From a virus (lineage: Duplodnaviria > Caudoviricetes): 26,204 nucleotides of DNA. The stretch covers positions 1-26,204 of IMG/VR virus record IMGVR_UViG_3300031965_001282; one strand, 5' to 3'. Of this stretch, positions 8,865 through 15,926 are shown one piece after another. The notes under the pieces are model-generated. The model did not search any database, was not told the origin of the DNA, and saw only the letters and a list, made by a program, of their open reading frames with translations. Positions within the stretch are counted from its first letter, which is position 1; every line of letters begins with the position of its first letter. The translations under genes were made by a program, and so were the position numbers.

Positions 8865-8984
8865 GCACTCGCGCCGGCGGGATAGGAGCTGGTCGGGCCG
8901 CGCCCCCAACCCTCGCTGGCACAGGCACTTGGCCCGCCTGGCAGTCCTTGGCGGGTCCTTGATCGCGTGCAGGAGCGGCGCCCG

Positions 8985-11900
8985 ATGACCACCGACACCT
9001 CCGAGCGCGGCCTCGAGCGGCTGATCTGCACGGCGTTGACCGGCTCGGCCTGCGATCCCGGCGCCGCCGCGGCCAACGCCGTCCGCGAGCGGCCGGCGGC
9101 CTACGGCGCGGGCTGGACCTGCGGCGATCCGAGGGACTACGAGCGCGAGTACTGCGTCGACCTCGCGCAGCTCTCGGCCTTCCTGCGCGCGACCCAGCCG
9201 GAGGTCTGCGACGCGCTCGACCTCGGCCAGGACGGCCCCACGCGGCGCAAGTTCCTGGCGCGGCTGCAGGGCGAGATCACGAAGCGAGGCACCATCGACG
9301 TCTTGCACCACGGGCTCAAGCACGGGCCTCACCGCCTCGACCTCTTCTACGGCACGCCCTCGCCGGGCAACGCCAGGGCCGCCGAGCGCTACGTGGCCAA
9401 CCGCTTCGGCGTCACTCGGCAGCTTCGCTACAGCCGCGATGAGACGCAGCGCGCGCTCGACCTCGGGCTCTTCATCAACGGGCTTCCCGTCGCCACCTTC
9501 GAGCTGAAGAACAGTCTGACCAAGCAGACGGTCGCCGACGCCGTCGAGCAGTACCAGCGCGACCGCGACCCACGCGAGAAGCTGTTCGAGTTCGGGCGCT
9601 GCGTCGTGCACTTCGCGGTGGACGACCACGAGGTGCGCTTCTGCACGCACCTCAAGGGCAAGGGCTCGTGGTTCCTGCCCTTCAACCAGGGCTGGAACGA
9701 CGGCGCGGGCAACCCGCCCAATCCAAACGGGCTCAAGACCGACTACCTCTGGAAGCGCATCCTCACTCGCGACGGCCTCACCGACATCCTCGAGAACTAC
9801 GCGCAGGTCGTCGAGACGAAGGACGACAAGACGGGCCGGAAAAAGGCGGTGCAGATCTGGCCGCGCTTCCACCAGCTCGATGTGGTGCGGCGGCTGTTGG
9901 CCGACGCGCGGGCGCACGGCGCGGGCCGGCGGTATCTCATCCAGCACTCGGCCGGCAGCGGCAAGTCGAACTCCATCGCCTGGCTCGCGCACCAGCTCAT
10001 CGTCATCGAGAGGGACGAGGCGACGGTCTTCGACTCGATCATCGTCGTCACCGACCGCCGGATCCTCGACAAGCAGATCAAGGACACGATCAAGCAGTTC
10101 GCGCAGGTGGGCGCGACGGTTGGGCACGCCGAGCGGTCGGGCGACCTGCGCAAGTTCATCGCCGAGGGGAAGAAGATCATCATCTCCACGGTGCAGAAGT
10201 TCCCGTTCATCCTCGACGAGATCGGCAGCGAACACCGCGGGCGGTGCTTCGCGATCGTCATCGACGAGGCGCACTCGAGCCAGGGCGGGCGCACCTCGGC
10301 GGCGCTCTCGATGGCGCTTTCTGCGGACGGGGCCGAGGAGGACGACGAAACGCTGGAGGACACGATCAACCGGCTGATGGAGGCCAAGAAGCTGCTGCCC
10401 AACGCCAGCTACTTCGCCTTCACCGCCACGCCCAAGAACAAGACGCTCGAGATCTTCGGCGAGCCCGAGCCGCAACCTGACGGCACGGTGCGTCACCGGC
10501 CCTTCCACAGCTACACCATGAAGCAGGCGATCCAGGAGGGCTTCATCCTGGACGTGCTGCGCCACTACACGCCGGTCGAGAGCTACTACAAGCTGGTCAA
10601 GAGGGTCGAGGGCGACCCGGAGTTCGACACCAAGCGCGCGAAGAAGAAGCTGCGCCGCTACGTCGAGAGCCACGACCACGCCATCCGGCTCAAGGCCGAG
10701 ATCATGGTGGACCACTTCCACGAGCAGGTGCTGGCGCTGAAGAAGATCGGCGGCGAGGCGCGCGCGATGGTGGTGACGAGCGGCATCGAGCGCGCCATCC
10801 AGTACTACCACGCGATCCGCGATTACCTGGCCGAGCGCAAGAGCCGCTACCGGGCCATCGTGGCCTTCTCGGGCGAGCACGATTACGGCGGCGCGAAGCT
10901 GAGCGAGGCTTCGCTCAACGGCTTCCCGTCGGGCCAGATCCCCGACAAGATCCAGCAGGACCCGTACCGTTTCCTCGTCTGCGCCGACAAGTTCCAGACC
11001 GGCTACGACGAGCCGCTGCTGCACACGATGTACGTGGACAAGATCCTCACGGGCGTCAAGGCGGTGCAGACGCTCTCGCGGCTCAACCGCGCGCACCCGA
11101 AGAAACACGACGTGTTCGTGCTCGACTTCATGAACGACTCTGACACGATCCAGGAGGCGTTCGCCGACTACTACCGCACGACGGTTCTTGCCGAGGAGAC
11201 CGACCCGAACAAGCTGCACGACATCAAGGCGGCGCTGGACGAAAACCAGGTCTATTCAGCCGCGCAGGTGGACAAGCTCGTGGCGCTCTACCTGGGCGGG
11301 GCCGACCGCGACCGGCTCGACCCCATCCTCGACGCCTGCGTGGCCGACTACCGCGAGCGCCTCGACGAGGACAGTCAGGTGGACTTCAAGGGCAAGGCCA
11401 AGGCCTTCCTGCGCGCCCACGGGTTCCTGTCGTCGATCCTGCCGTACAGCAACGCCGAATGGGAGAAGCTCTCGATCTTCCTGACCTTCCTCGTGCCCAA
11501 GCTGCCGGCGCCGGTCGAGGAGGACCTGTCGAAGGGCATCCTCGAGTCGATCGACATGGACAGCTACCGGGTGGAGAAGCAGGCGGCCGTGAAGATCCTG
11601 CTCCCGGACGCGGACGCCGAGATCGAGCCGGTGCCGACCACGGGCGGCGGCCACAAGCCCGAGCCCGAGCTGGACCGGCTCTCCAACATCCTCAAGACCT
11701 TCAACGACCAGTTCGGAAACATCCCGTGGACCGACAAGGACCGCGTGCACAAGCTCATCACCGAGGACATCCCCTCTCGCGTGGCCGCAGATCCGCGGTA
11801 CCAGAACGCCCGCAAGAACTCGGACCGGCAGAACGCGAAGATCGAGCACGACGAGGCCCTGAAGCGCGTCATGACCGCCGTGCTCAAAGACGACACGGAG

Positions 11901-11996
11901 CTCTTCAAGCAGTTCATGGACAACGAGGGGTTCCGGCGCTGGATGACGGACATGGTCTTCGGGCTGACCTACGAGGCGTCGGGGCGGGAGGTCTAA
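8985..11996 (+). CDS. hsdR: Type I restriction endonuclease/translocase subunit (1003 aa)
   Basis: Nuclease motif DLGLFINGLPVATFELKN, Walker A QHSAGSGKS, VVTDR, IDEAHSSQ, FTATP, KFQTGYD and QTLSRLNR. AGGAG RBS precedes ATG 8985. Confidence 0.96.
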   Translation: MTTDTSERGLERLICTALTGSACDPGAAAANAVRERPAAYGAGWTCGDPRDYEREYCVDLAQLSAFLRATQPEVCDALDLGQDGPTRRKFLARLQGEITKRGTIDVLHHGLKHGPHRLDLFYGTPSPGNARAAERYVANRFGVTRQLRYSRDETQRALDLGLFINGLPVATFELKNSLTKQTVADAVEQYQRDRDPREKLFEFGRCVVHFAVDDHEVRFCTHLKGKGSWFLPFNQGWNDGAGNPPNPNGLKTDYLWKRILTRDGLTDILENYAQVVETKDDKTGRKKAVQIWPRFHQLDVVRRLLADARAHGAGRRYLIQHSAGSGKSNSIAWLAHQLIVIERDEATVFDSIIVVTDRRILDKQIKDTIKQFAQVGATVGHAERSGDLRKFIAEGKKIIISTVQKFPFILDEIGSEHRGRCFAIVIDEAHSSQGGRTSAALSMALSADGAEEDDETLEDTINRLMEAKKLLPNASYFAFTATPKNKTLEIFGEPEPQPDGTVRHRPFHSYTMKQAIQEGFILDVLRHYTPVESYYKLVKRVEGDPEFDTKRAKKKLRRYVESHDHAIRLKAEIMVDHFHEQVLALKKIGGEARAMVVTSGIERAIQYYHAIRDYLAERKSRYRAIVAFSGEHDYGGAKLSEASLNGFPSGQIPDKIQQDPYRFLVCADKFQTGYDEPLLHTMYVDKILTGVKAVQTLSRLNRAHPKKHDVFVLDFMNDSDTIQEAFADYYRTTVLAEETDPNKLHDIKAALDENQVYSAAQVDKLVALYLGGADRDRLDPILDACVADYRERLDEDSQVDFKGKAKAFLRAHGFLSSILPYSNAEWEKLSIFLTFLVPKLPAPVEEDLSKGILESIDMDSYRVEKQAAVKILLPDADAEIEPVPTTGGGHKPEPELDRLSNILKTFNDQFGNIPWTDKDRVHKLITEDIPSRVAADPRYQNARKNSDRQNAKIEHDEALKRVMTAVLKDDTELFKQFMDNEGFRRWMTDMVFGLTYEASGREV

Positions 11997-12006
11997 CGAG
12001 CTAAGG

Positions 12007-12035
12007 TTTTCACCGCGCGGCAGCCGCGGTGAAAA
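12007..12035. repeat. Perfect 11-bp inverted repeat at the junction of the convergent operons
   Basis: TTTTCACCGCG (12007-12017), 7-nt loop, CGCGGTGAAAA (12025-12035). Confidence 0.8.
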
Positions 12036-12363
12036 GCGGTGTTGAACTCGATTCGTCGTCCGGCTCGGCACCCCGGAGTCGCCGCTCCGAGAGGGGTTCA
12101 CGCCCGAGGAGGATCCTCTCCTGGACGGCGGGCGGTAGGGTCAGGAGGTTGAGGATCTGGCTCATCCGGGCCCTGGTCACCCCGAGCGTTCGGGCCGCCT
12201 CGGCGTAGTTTCGGATCTTCCCCTCATCCACCATCCGCTCCACCCGGTACGCGAGCGCGAGCTGCCGGGCGATCCGGGACGGCGGCCTGGGCAGCTCCTT
12301 CTCCGGCTGCTCCGGCTTCTCCCTCTTGAGTCCCGCCTTGACCTTGACCGTGAACCTGCTCAT
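12010..12363 (-). CDS. Small HTH-like protein of the type found downstream of phage serine recombinases (117 aa)
   Basis: C-terminal part of track ORF 12010..13716. ATG 12363 overlaps the recombinase stop (ATGA). Sequence LALAYRVERMVDEG...YAEAARTLGVTRARMSQILNLLTLPPAVQERIL is HTH-like. Confidence 0.8.
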   Translation of the reverse strand: MSRFTVKVKAGLKREKPEQPEKELPRPPSRIARQLALAYRVERMVDEGKIRNYAEAARTLGVTRARMSQILNLLTLPPAVQERILLGREPLSERRLRGAEPDDESSSTPLFTAAAAR

Positions 12364-13907
12364 GCCTGCCTCCCTGCCACCAAGGCAAACCCCTGGGGCC
12401 TGAACCGGATCTCTACCTCGTCGGTGGCGGGGTCGTATCCGACCCCCTCGACGAGCCGGGAGACGAGCCGCGCCCTCTCGCGGGGGAACAGCTCGTCCCA
12501 CACCTCGGCGAAGCTGGCGAGGGCCGATCGGATCTCGTCCTCGCGGAGCGTGACGCGGGCGAGGGCGTCGGCCTTGGCCTGGGCGTCGCGCAGTTCGGCC
12601 TCGACCCCTTCCAGCTCGGCGGTGAGCACCCCGAGCGCCTCGTGTGTGGCCCGCTGGTCGCGCCCGTTGGCCGTGATCGCCTCGAGGGCGGTCCGGCGGC
12701 GGGGGAGGAGGTCCCCTTGGCGGGCCAGGGCGTCCGCCACCCGTCGGTCGGCATCTGCCCGCTCCCGGTCGAGCTGGACCCTGGCGGCCTCGACTGTGGC
12801 CTCCACGAGGTCCGGGTCCTCGCCGATGGCCCGGATCCGGTCGACGACGATGGCCTCGACGGGTGCGGCCGGGATCCTGCCACCGGGGCAGGCCGTGGCA
12901 CCGTGTCGGTCCGAGGACCCGCACTGGTAGTAGTTGTAGAGCCGCCCGCTCCGCCGCGTGTGCGTGGGGGACATGGCGGTCCCGCACCGTCCGCATCGGA
13001 GCAGGCCCGCCAGCAGCGCCTCGGACGGCCGCTTCTCCCTCTGCGCCCGCTTGTTCCCGTCGAGGACCTCCTGGGCACGCTGCCAGAGGTCCGGGTCGAC
13101 GATGGCCTCGTGCTCGCCATCGACGATCTCGTCGCCGGCCCGCATGCGCCCGGCCGGGATCGGGCTCCGAAGGAGGGTGACGAGCACGGCGCGTGAGAGG
13201 GGCTTGCCCTTCCGGGTCCGGTGGCCGTTGAGCGCCGCCAGGGTCCGGACGACGGACCCCGTCTCGACGAAGGTCTCGAACGCAAGCCGGACCACCTTCG
13301 CCTCGGCCTTGTTGACAACGAGCTTCTTGTCCTCGATGTCGTAGCCGAGGGGAACAGGGCCGCCTGTCCACTTGCCCCGTTTCCGGGTCGCGAGCATCTT
13401 GTCGGCGGTCCGCTCGGAGATCACTTGCCGCTCGAATTCCGCGAACGACATCAGGATGTTGAGTGTCAGCCGGCCCATGCTGGTCGCCGTATTGAACTGC
13501 TGCGTCACGGCGACGAACGTGACGTTGTGCTCCTCGAAGAAGTCGATCAGGCGGGCGAAGTCGGTGAGACTTCGCGATAGACGGTCGATCTTGTAGACCG
13601 CGATTACGTCGACGTGCCCCTCCTTGACGTCTCCCAGGAGTCGCTGAAAGGCGGGGCGGTCTGTGTTGGAGCCGCTGCAGCCGTCGTCGTCGTATCTTGC
13701 CGGAAGGGCGACCCAACCCTCGCCGCGCTGGCTCAGGACGAACGCCTCGACGGCCTCGCGTTGCGCCGCGATCGAGCCGAAGTCCGTCCCGTTGCGGTCG
13801 GCGACGGACTTGCGGCAGTAGATCGCGACGCGGAGCGTCTTCGTCTCCGTGACGCGGGCCCCGTTTCCCGCCCGCACCTTCCCGTTGCCAGTCCGGATCG
13901 CGCTCAT
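12360..13907 (-). CDS. Large serine recombinase/integrase: resolvase, recombinase and zinc-ribbon domains plus coiled coil (515 aa)
   Basis: AIYCRKS (catalytic Ser), YDDDGCSG, DRPAFQRL, YKIDRLSR, FAEFERQVISERT, GGPVPLGY and LLRCGRCG...YYQC...C zinc ribbon. Start ATG 13907 overlaps the DUF2924 stop (ATGA). Confidence 0.95.
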   Translation of the reverse strand: MSAIRTGNGKVRAGNGARVTETKTLRVAIYCRKSVADRNGTDFGSIAAQREAVEAFVLSQRGEGWVALPARYDDDGCSGSNTDRPAFQRLLGDVKEGHVDVIAVYKIDRLSRSLTDFARLIDFFEEHNVTFVAVTQQFNTATSMGRLTLNILMSFAEFERQVISERTADKMLATRKRGKWTGGPVPLGYDIEDKKLVVNKAEAKVVRLAFETFVETGSVVRTLAALNGHRTRKGKPLSRAVLVTLLRSPIPAGRMRAGDEIVDGEHEAIVDPDLWQRAQEVLDGNKRAQREKRPSEALLAGLLRCGRCGTAMSPTHTRRSGRLYNYYQCGSSDRHGATACPGGRIPAAPVEAIVVDRIRAIGEDPDLVEATVEAARVQLDRERADADRRVADALARQGDLLPRRRTALEAITANGRDQRATHEALGVLTAELEGVEAELRDAQAKADALARVTLREDEIRSALASFAEVWDELFPRERARLVSRLVEGVGYDPATDEVEIRFRPQGFALVAGRQA

Positions 13908-14368
13908 CGCCGCTTTCGTTCGACGAGGCCGAAGAAGGCTCGGCCGTTCCAGTGGGAGCCGGTCACCGCTCGCGCTGCCGCTGTCAGGGATGGGTAGAGG
14001 ACGCCATCGACTTCGTAGCCGTCTTGGAGGACTCGACAGCGCAGCTCCCGACCTCGCCACTCCCTCGTGAGCGTCGTGCCCACGGCCGGGTCACCGGGTC
14101 GCCTGCGCTTTGTGAGCTTGCCCGTGACCGTCCTCTCCTCGTCGCCCAGCGGGAAGTCGATCTCGGCGATCAGCTCCTCCAGCACCCGCTTCGCCGCCGT
14201 ACTGAGCCCGCCGAACTTGATCTCCTGGAGCTTCCACGCGCACCGCTTCCGCAGCCAGGCGGGGTTTCGCACACGGGGAGCCTTGCCCCAGAGTTGCTCG
14301 TACCGCCCGACCAGCTCAGGGGTCGTCATTCCCTGCATGCTCTCGATCTCTTTGGTGATGTCGGTCAT
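13904..14368 (-). CDS. DUF2924 family protein (154 aa)
   Basis: AWKLQE..FGGLS, GTTLTREWRG and YPSLTAAARAVTGSHWNGRAFFGL. It sits in the usual position directly upstream of a serine recombinase. Confidence 0.9.
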   Translation of the reverse strand: MTDITKEIESMQGMTTPELVGRYEQLWGKAPRVRNPAWLRKRCAWKLQEIKFGGLSTAAKRVLEELIAEIDFPLGDEERTVTGKLTKRRRPGDPAVGTTLTREWRGRELRCRVLQDGYEVDGVLYPSLTAAARAVTGSHWNGRAFFGLVERKRR

Positions 14369-14718
14369 GCGTCCTTGCCTTCCGAAGGCTCGGTGGCCTC
14401 GGCCATTCCGCGAAGCAGTTCGAGGACGCCCGCTGCATCGCGGGGTATGGGTTGGGCCAGGATCCCCTCCAGGCGACCGAACCTCCTCTCGTCGAAGGAG
14501 ACCTCCAAGTCAGCCGCCACCGCCAGGAGTCGATACAGGCTCGGGTAGTTGCGGGCCTCGGAACCGTTGTGTGCGGACGCGTCGATCGGCATCACTGCCT
14601 GGAGGCGTACGACCCCGTTGTCGAACGAGGCGAGATGTCCGTCGGCGGTGACCTTGAAGGGCAGCCGGAGGATCTCCATGAGGGCCTCGGCCTGCTTGAT
14701 CTGATGGGTCGTCGTCAT
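14365..14718 (-). CDS. Hypothetical protein (117 aa)
   Basis: AAAGGAG RBS before ATG 14718 (MTTTHQIKQAEALMEILRLPF...). ATGA overlaps at both ends. Confidence 0.7.
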   Translation of the reverse strand: MTTTHQIKQAEALMEILRLPFKVTADGHLASFDNGVVRLQAVMPIDASAHNGSEARNYPSLYRLLAVAADLEVSFDERRFGRLEGILAQPIPRDAAGVLELLRGMAEATEPSEGKDA

Positions 14719-14870
14719 GCGTTCTTCTCCTTTGTGGTTCGTGTTTCCAGCGCCGTCGCGATGCGCGCCAGCAGCTCGTTCATCCGCGCGACCTGCCGCA
14801 CGAGGTCCGGCATGGTGGTCTCGTAGAAGGTCGCGCCCATCCGCGTCGTGTGGAACGGCGTCTCGCTCAT
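14715..14870 (-). CDS. Small hypothetical protein (51 aa), absent from the ORF track
   Basis: Hand translation gives MSETPFHTTRMGATFYETTMPDLVRQVARMNELLARIATALETRTTKEKNA. GGAGGTG RBS upstream, ATGA overlaps at both ends, strong GC3 bias. Confidence 0.75.
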   Translation of the reverse strand: MSETPFHTTRMGATFYETTMPDLVRQVARMNELLARIATALETRTTKEKNA

Positions 14871-15064
14871 CTCTCACCTCCGATCAGCATGCTGGCCTCC
14901 GGGCCTCTCTTTCCGTCAACCCGCTGGGGACAGGAGCGCTTGCTCTCCCGGAACTGGCAAGTGGATTCTCGGCGGACGAGAAGGCGGATCACCGCGGCGG
15001 CGAGGATCGCCGCGATGTCGGTGATGAGGTCGGGATCGCGCGCCCGGGTGGGGGAGATGCTCAT
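14867..15064 (-). CDS. Small hypothetical protein (65 aa)
   Basis: GAGGAGG RBS and ATGA overlaps with both neighbours. Contains an amphipathic helix DIAAILAAAVIRLL. Confidence 0.6.
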   Translation of the reverse strand: MSISPTRARDPDLITDIAAILAAAVIRLLVRRESTCQFRESKRSCPQRVDGKRGPEASMLIGGER

Positions 15065-15345
15065 TCTCCGGCCTCCTCAAGGAATGGCAGAGACCGGAGG
15101 ACCGTAGCTTCGATGTCTCGACGCGCTGCGTCGTCGATCGGCCGGACGACGGAGTGCTCGCGACCCACCGCATCGCGACGTACCGGGAAGCTCAACACGA
15201 GACGGCCGCACCGCGTTCTTCTCACGGCGATCCCGTCGATGCGCAAGCAGCCGGCGAGCAGCAGGGAGACAAATCCGACAAGCCCCGATTGCTGGTCCTG
15301 CACGGGTGCCGACGTGAATCGCACGCTGGAAACGAGAGGGTACAT
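15061..15345 (-). CDS. SpoVG-like small nucleic-acid-binding protein (94 aa)
   Basis: Pattern VSSVRF...GLVGFVSLLLAGCLRIDGIAVRR...LVLSFPVRRDAVGREHSVVRPID..ARRDIEATVL resembles the SpoVG strand-strand-helix layout. Start taken at ATG 15345, just after the DUF669 stop. Confidence 0.65.
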   Translation of the reverse strand: MYPLVSSVRFTSAPVQDQQSGLVGFVSLLLAGCLRIDGIAVRRTRCGRLVLSFPVRRDAVGREHSVVRPIDDAARRDIEATVLRSLPFLEEAGE

Positions 15346-15361
15346 CGATGGGTTACTCCGA

Positions 15362-15787
15362 TCAGAAGGGAGCGCGATCGTCTCCGTGGTCGCGCGGAGG
15401 AATGGGGTCATAGCCCGCCCAGGTGACCTTGTTGCAGGGCCTGAGGTCGCCGTCATCGGTCTGGTACTGCCCGACGACGATCGTGACGTGGGCGCGCCTG
15501 TCGAGGAACATGCCGGGGATCAGGTCTGCCGATCGGCTCGTGTCGATGCCAACAGCCCGACACAGCTTCTTGACGCGGGGCAGAGCGCCTACCGAGAACG
15601 GGAGCCAGTCCCAGATCTCATGTCCCTGGTGGGGTCCGGACTCGACGACCCAGACGAGCTTCCACATCTCGTCGTTGTGCCGCGTGACCTCCTCCTCGAT
15701 CTTTGCGAGACGACACGGGTAGGTGCCGCGAGGAATGGGGTCGAAGTCACGGGCCTCGTCGACATGACCGAAATCAATGTGTGGCAT
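15362..15787 (-). CDS. DUF669-like phage protein, putative ssDNA-binding (141 aa)
   Basis: IDFGHVDEARDFDPIPRGTY...W.V.SGPHQG..IWD.L...RVKKLCRAVG and an SSB-like acidic/PF C-terminus (GDDRAPF). AAAGGA RBS before ATG 15787. Confidence 0.8.
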   Translation of the reverse strand: MPHIDFGHVDEARDFDPIPRGTYPCRLAKIEEEVTRHNDEMWKLVWVVESGPHQGHEIWDWLPFSVGALPRVKKLCRAVGIDTSRSADLIPGMFLDRRAHVTIVVGQYQTDDGDLRPCNKVTWAGYDPIPPRDHGDDRAPF

Positions 15788-15926
15788 GAGCAGGTCCTTT
15801 CGGGTTCGAGTTGCGGGATGGTCATGGGGGCTCCTCCAGGGAGCCGTGGGTACAGGTCGACCGGCGTGGCCCTCCTGAGGCGGGGTGGAGACCGGCACCG
15901 CGCCGGGGGCGTCGTGGGGGGCGCGA

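Noticed and set aside
8758-8988. 76-aa ORF bridging the AlbA_2 gene and hsdR
   Set aside because: It overlaps both neighbours neatly, but composition is Arg/Ala/Pro-rich with poor codon bias and the DNA is better explained by the repeats and IHF site. Not fully excluded.
39-11953. Long minus-strand ORFs opposite the defence operon (e.g. 687..1982, 3613..5799, 7067..8806, 8820..11219)
   Set aside because: These are antisense shadows of strongly GC3-biased genes. They have no motifs and fully overlap well-supported + strand CDSs.
12007-12035. Bidirectional rho-independent terminator between hsdR and the recombinase operon
   Set aside because: The position fits, but the U-tract would precede rather than follow the stem on both strands. 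Reported as an inverted repeat instead.
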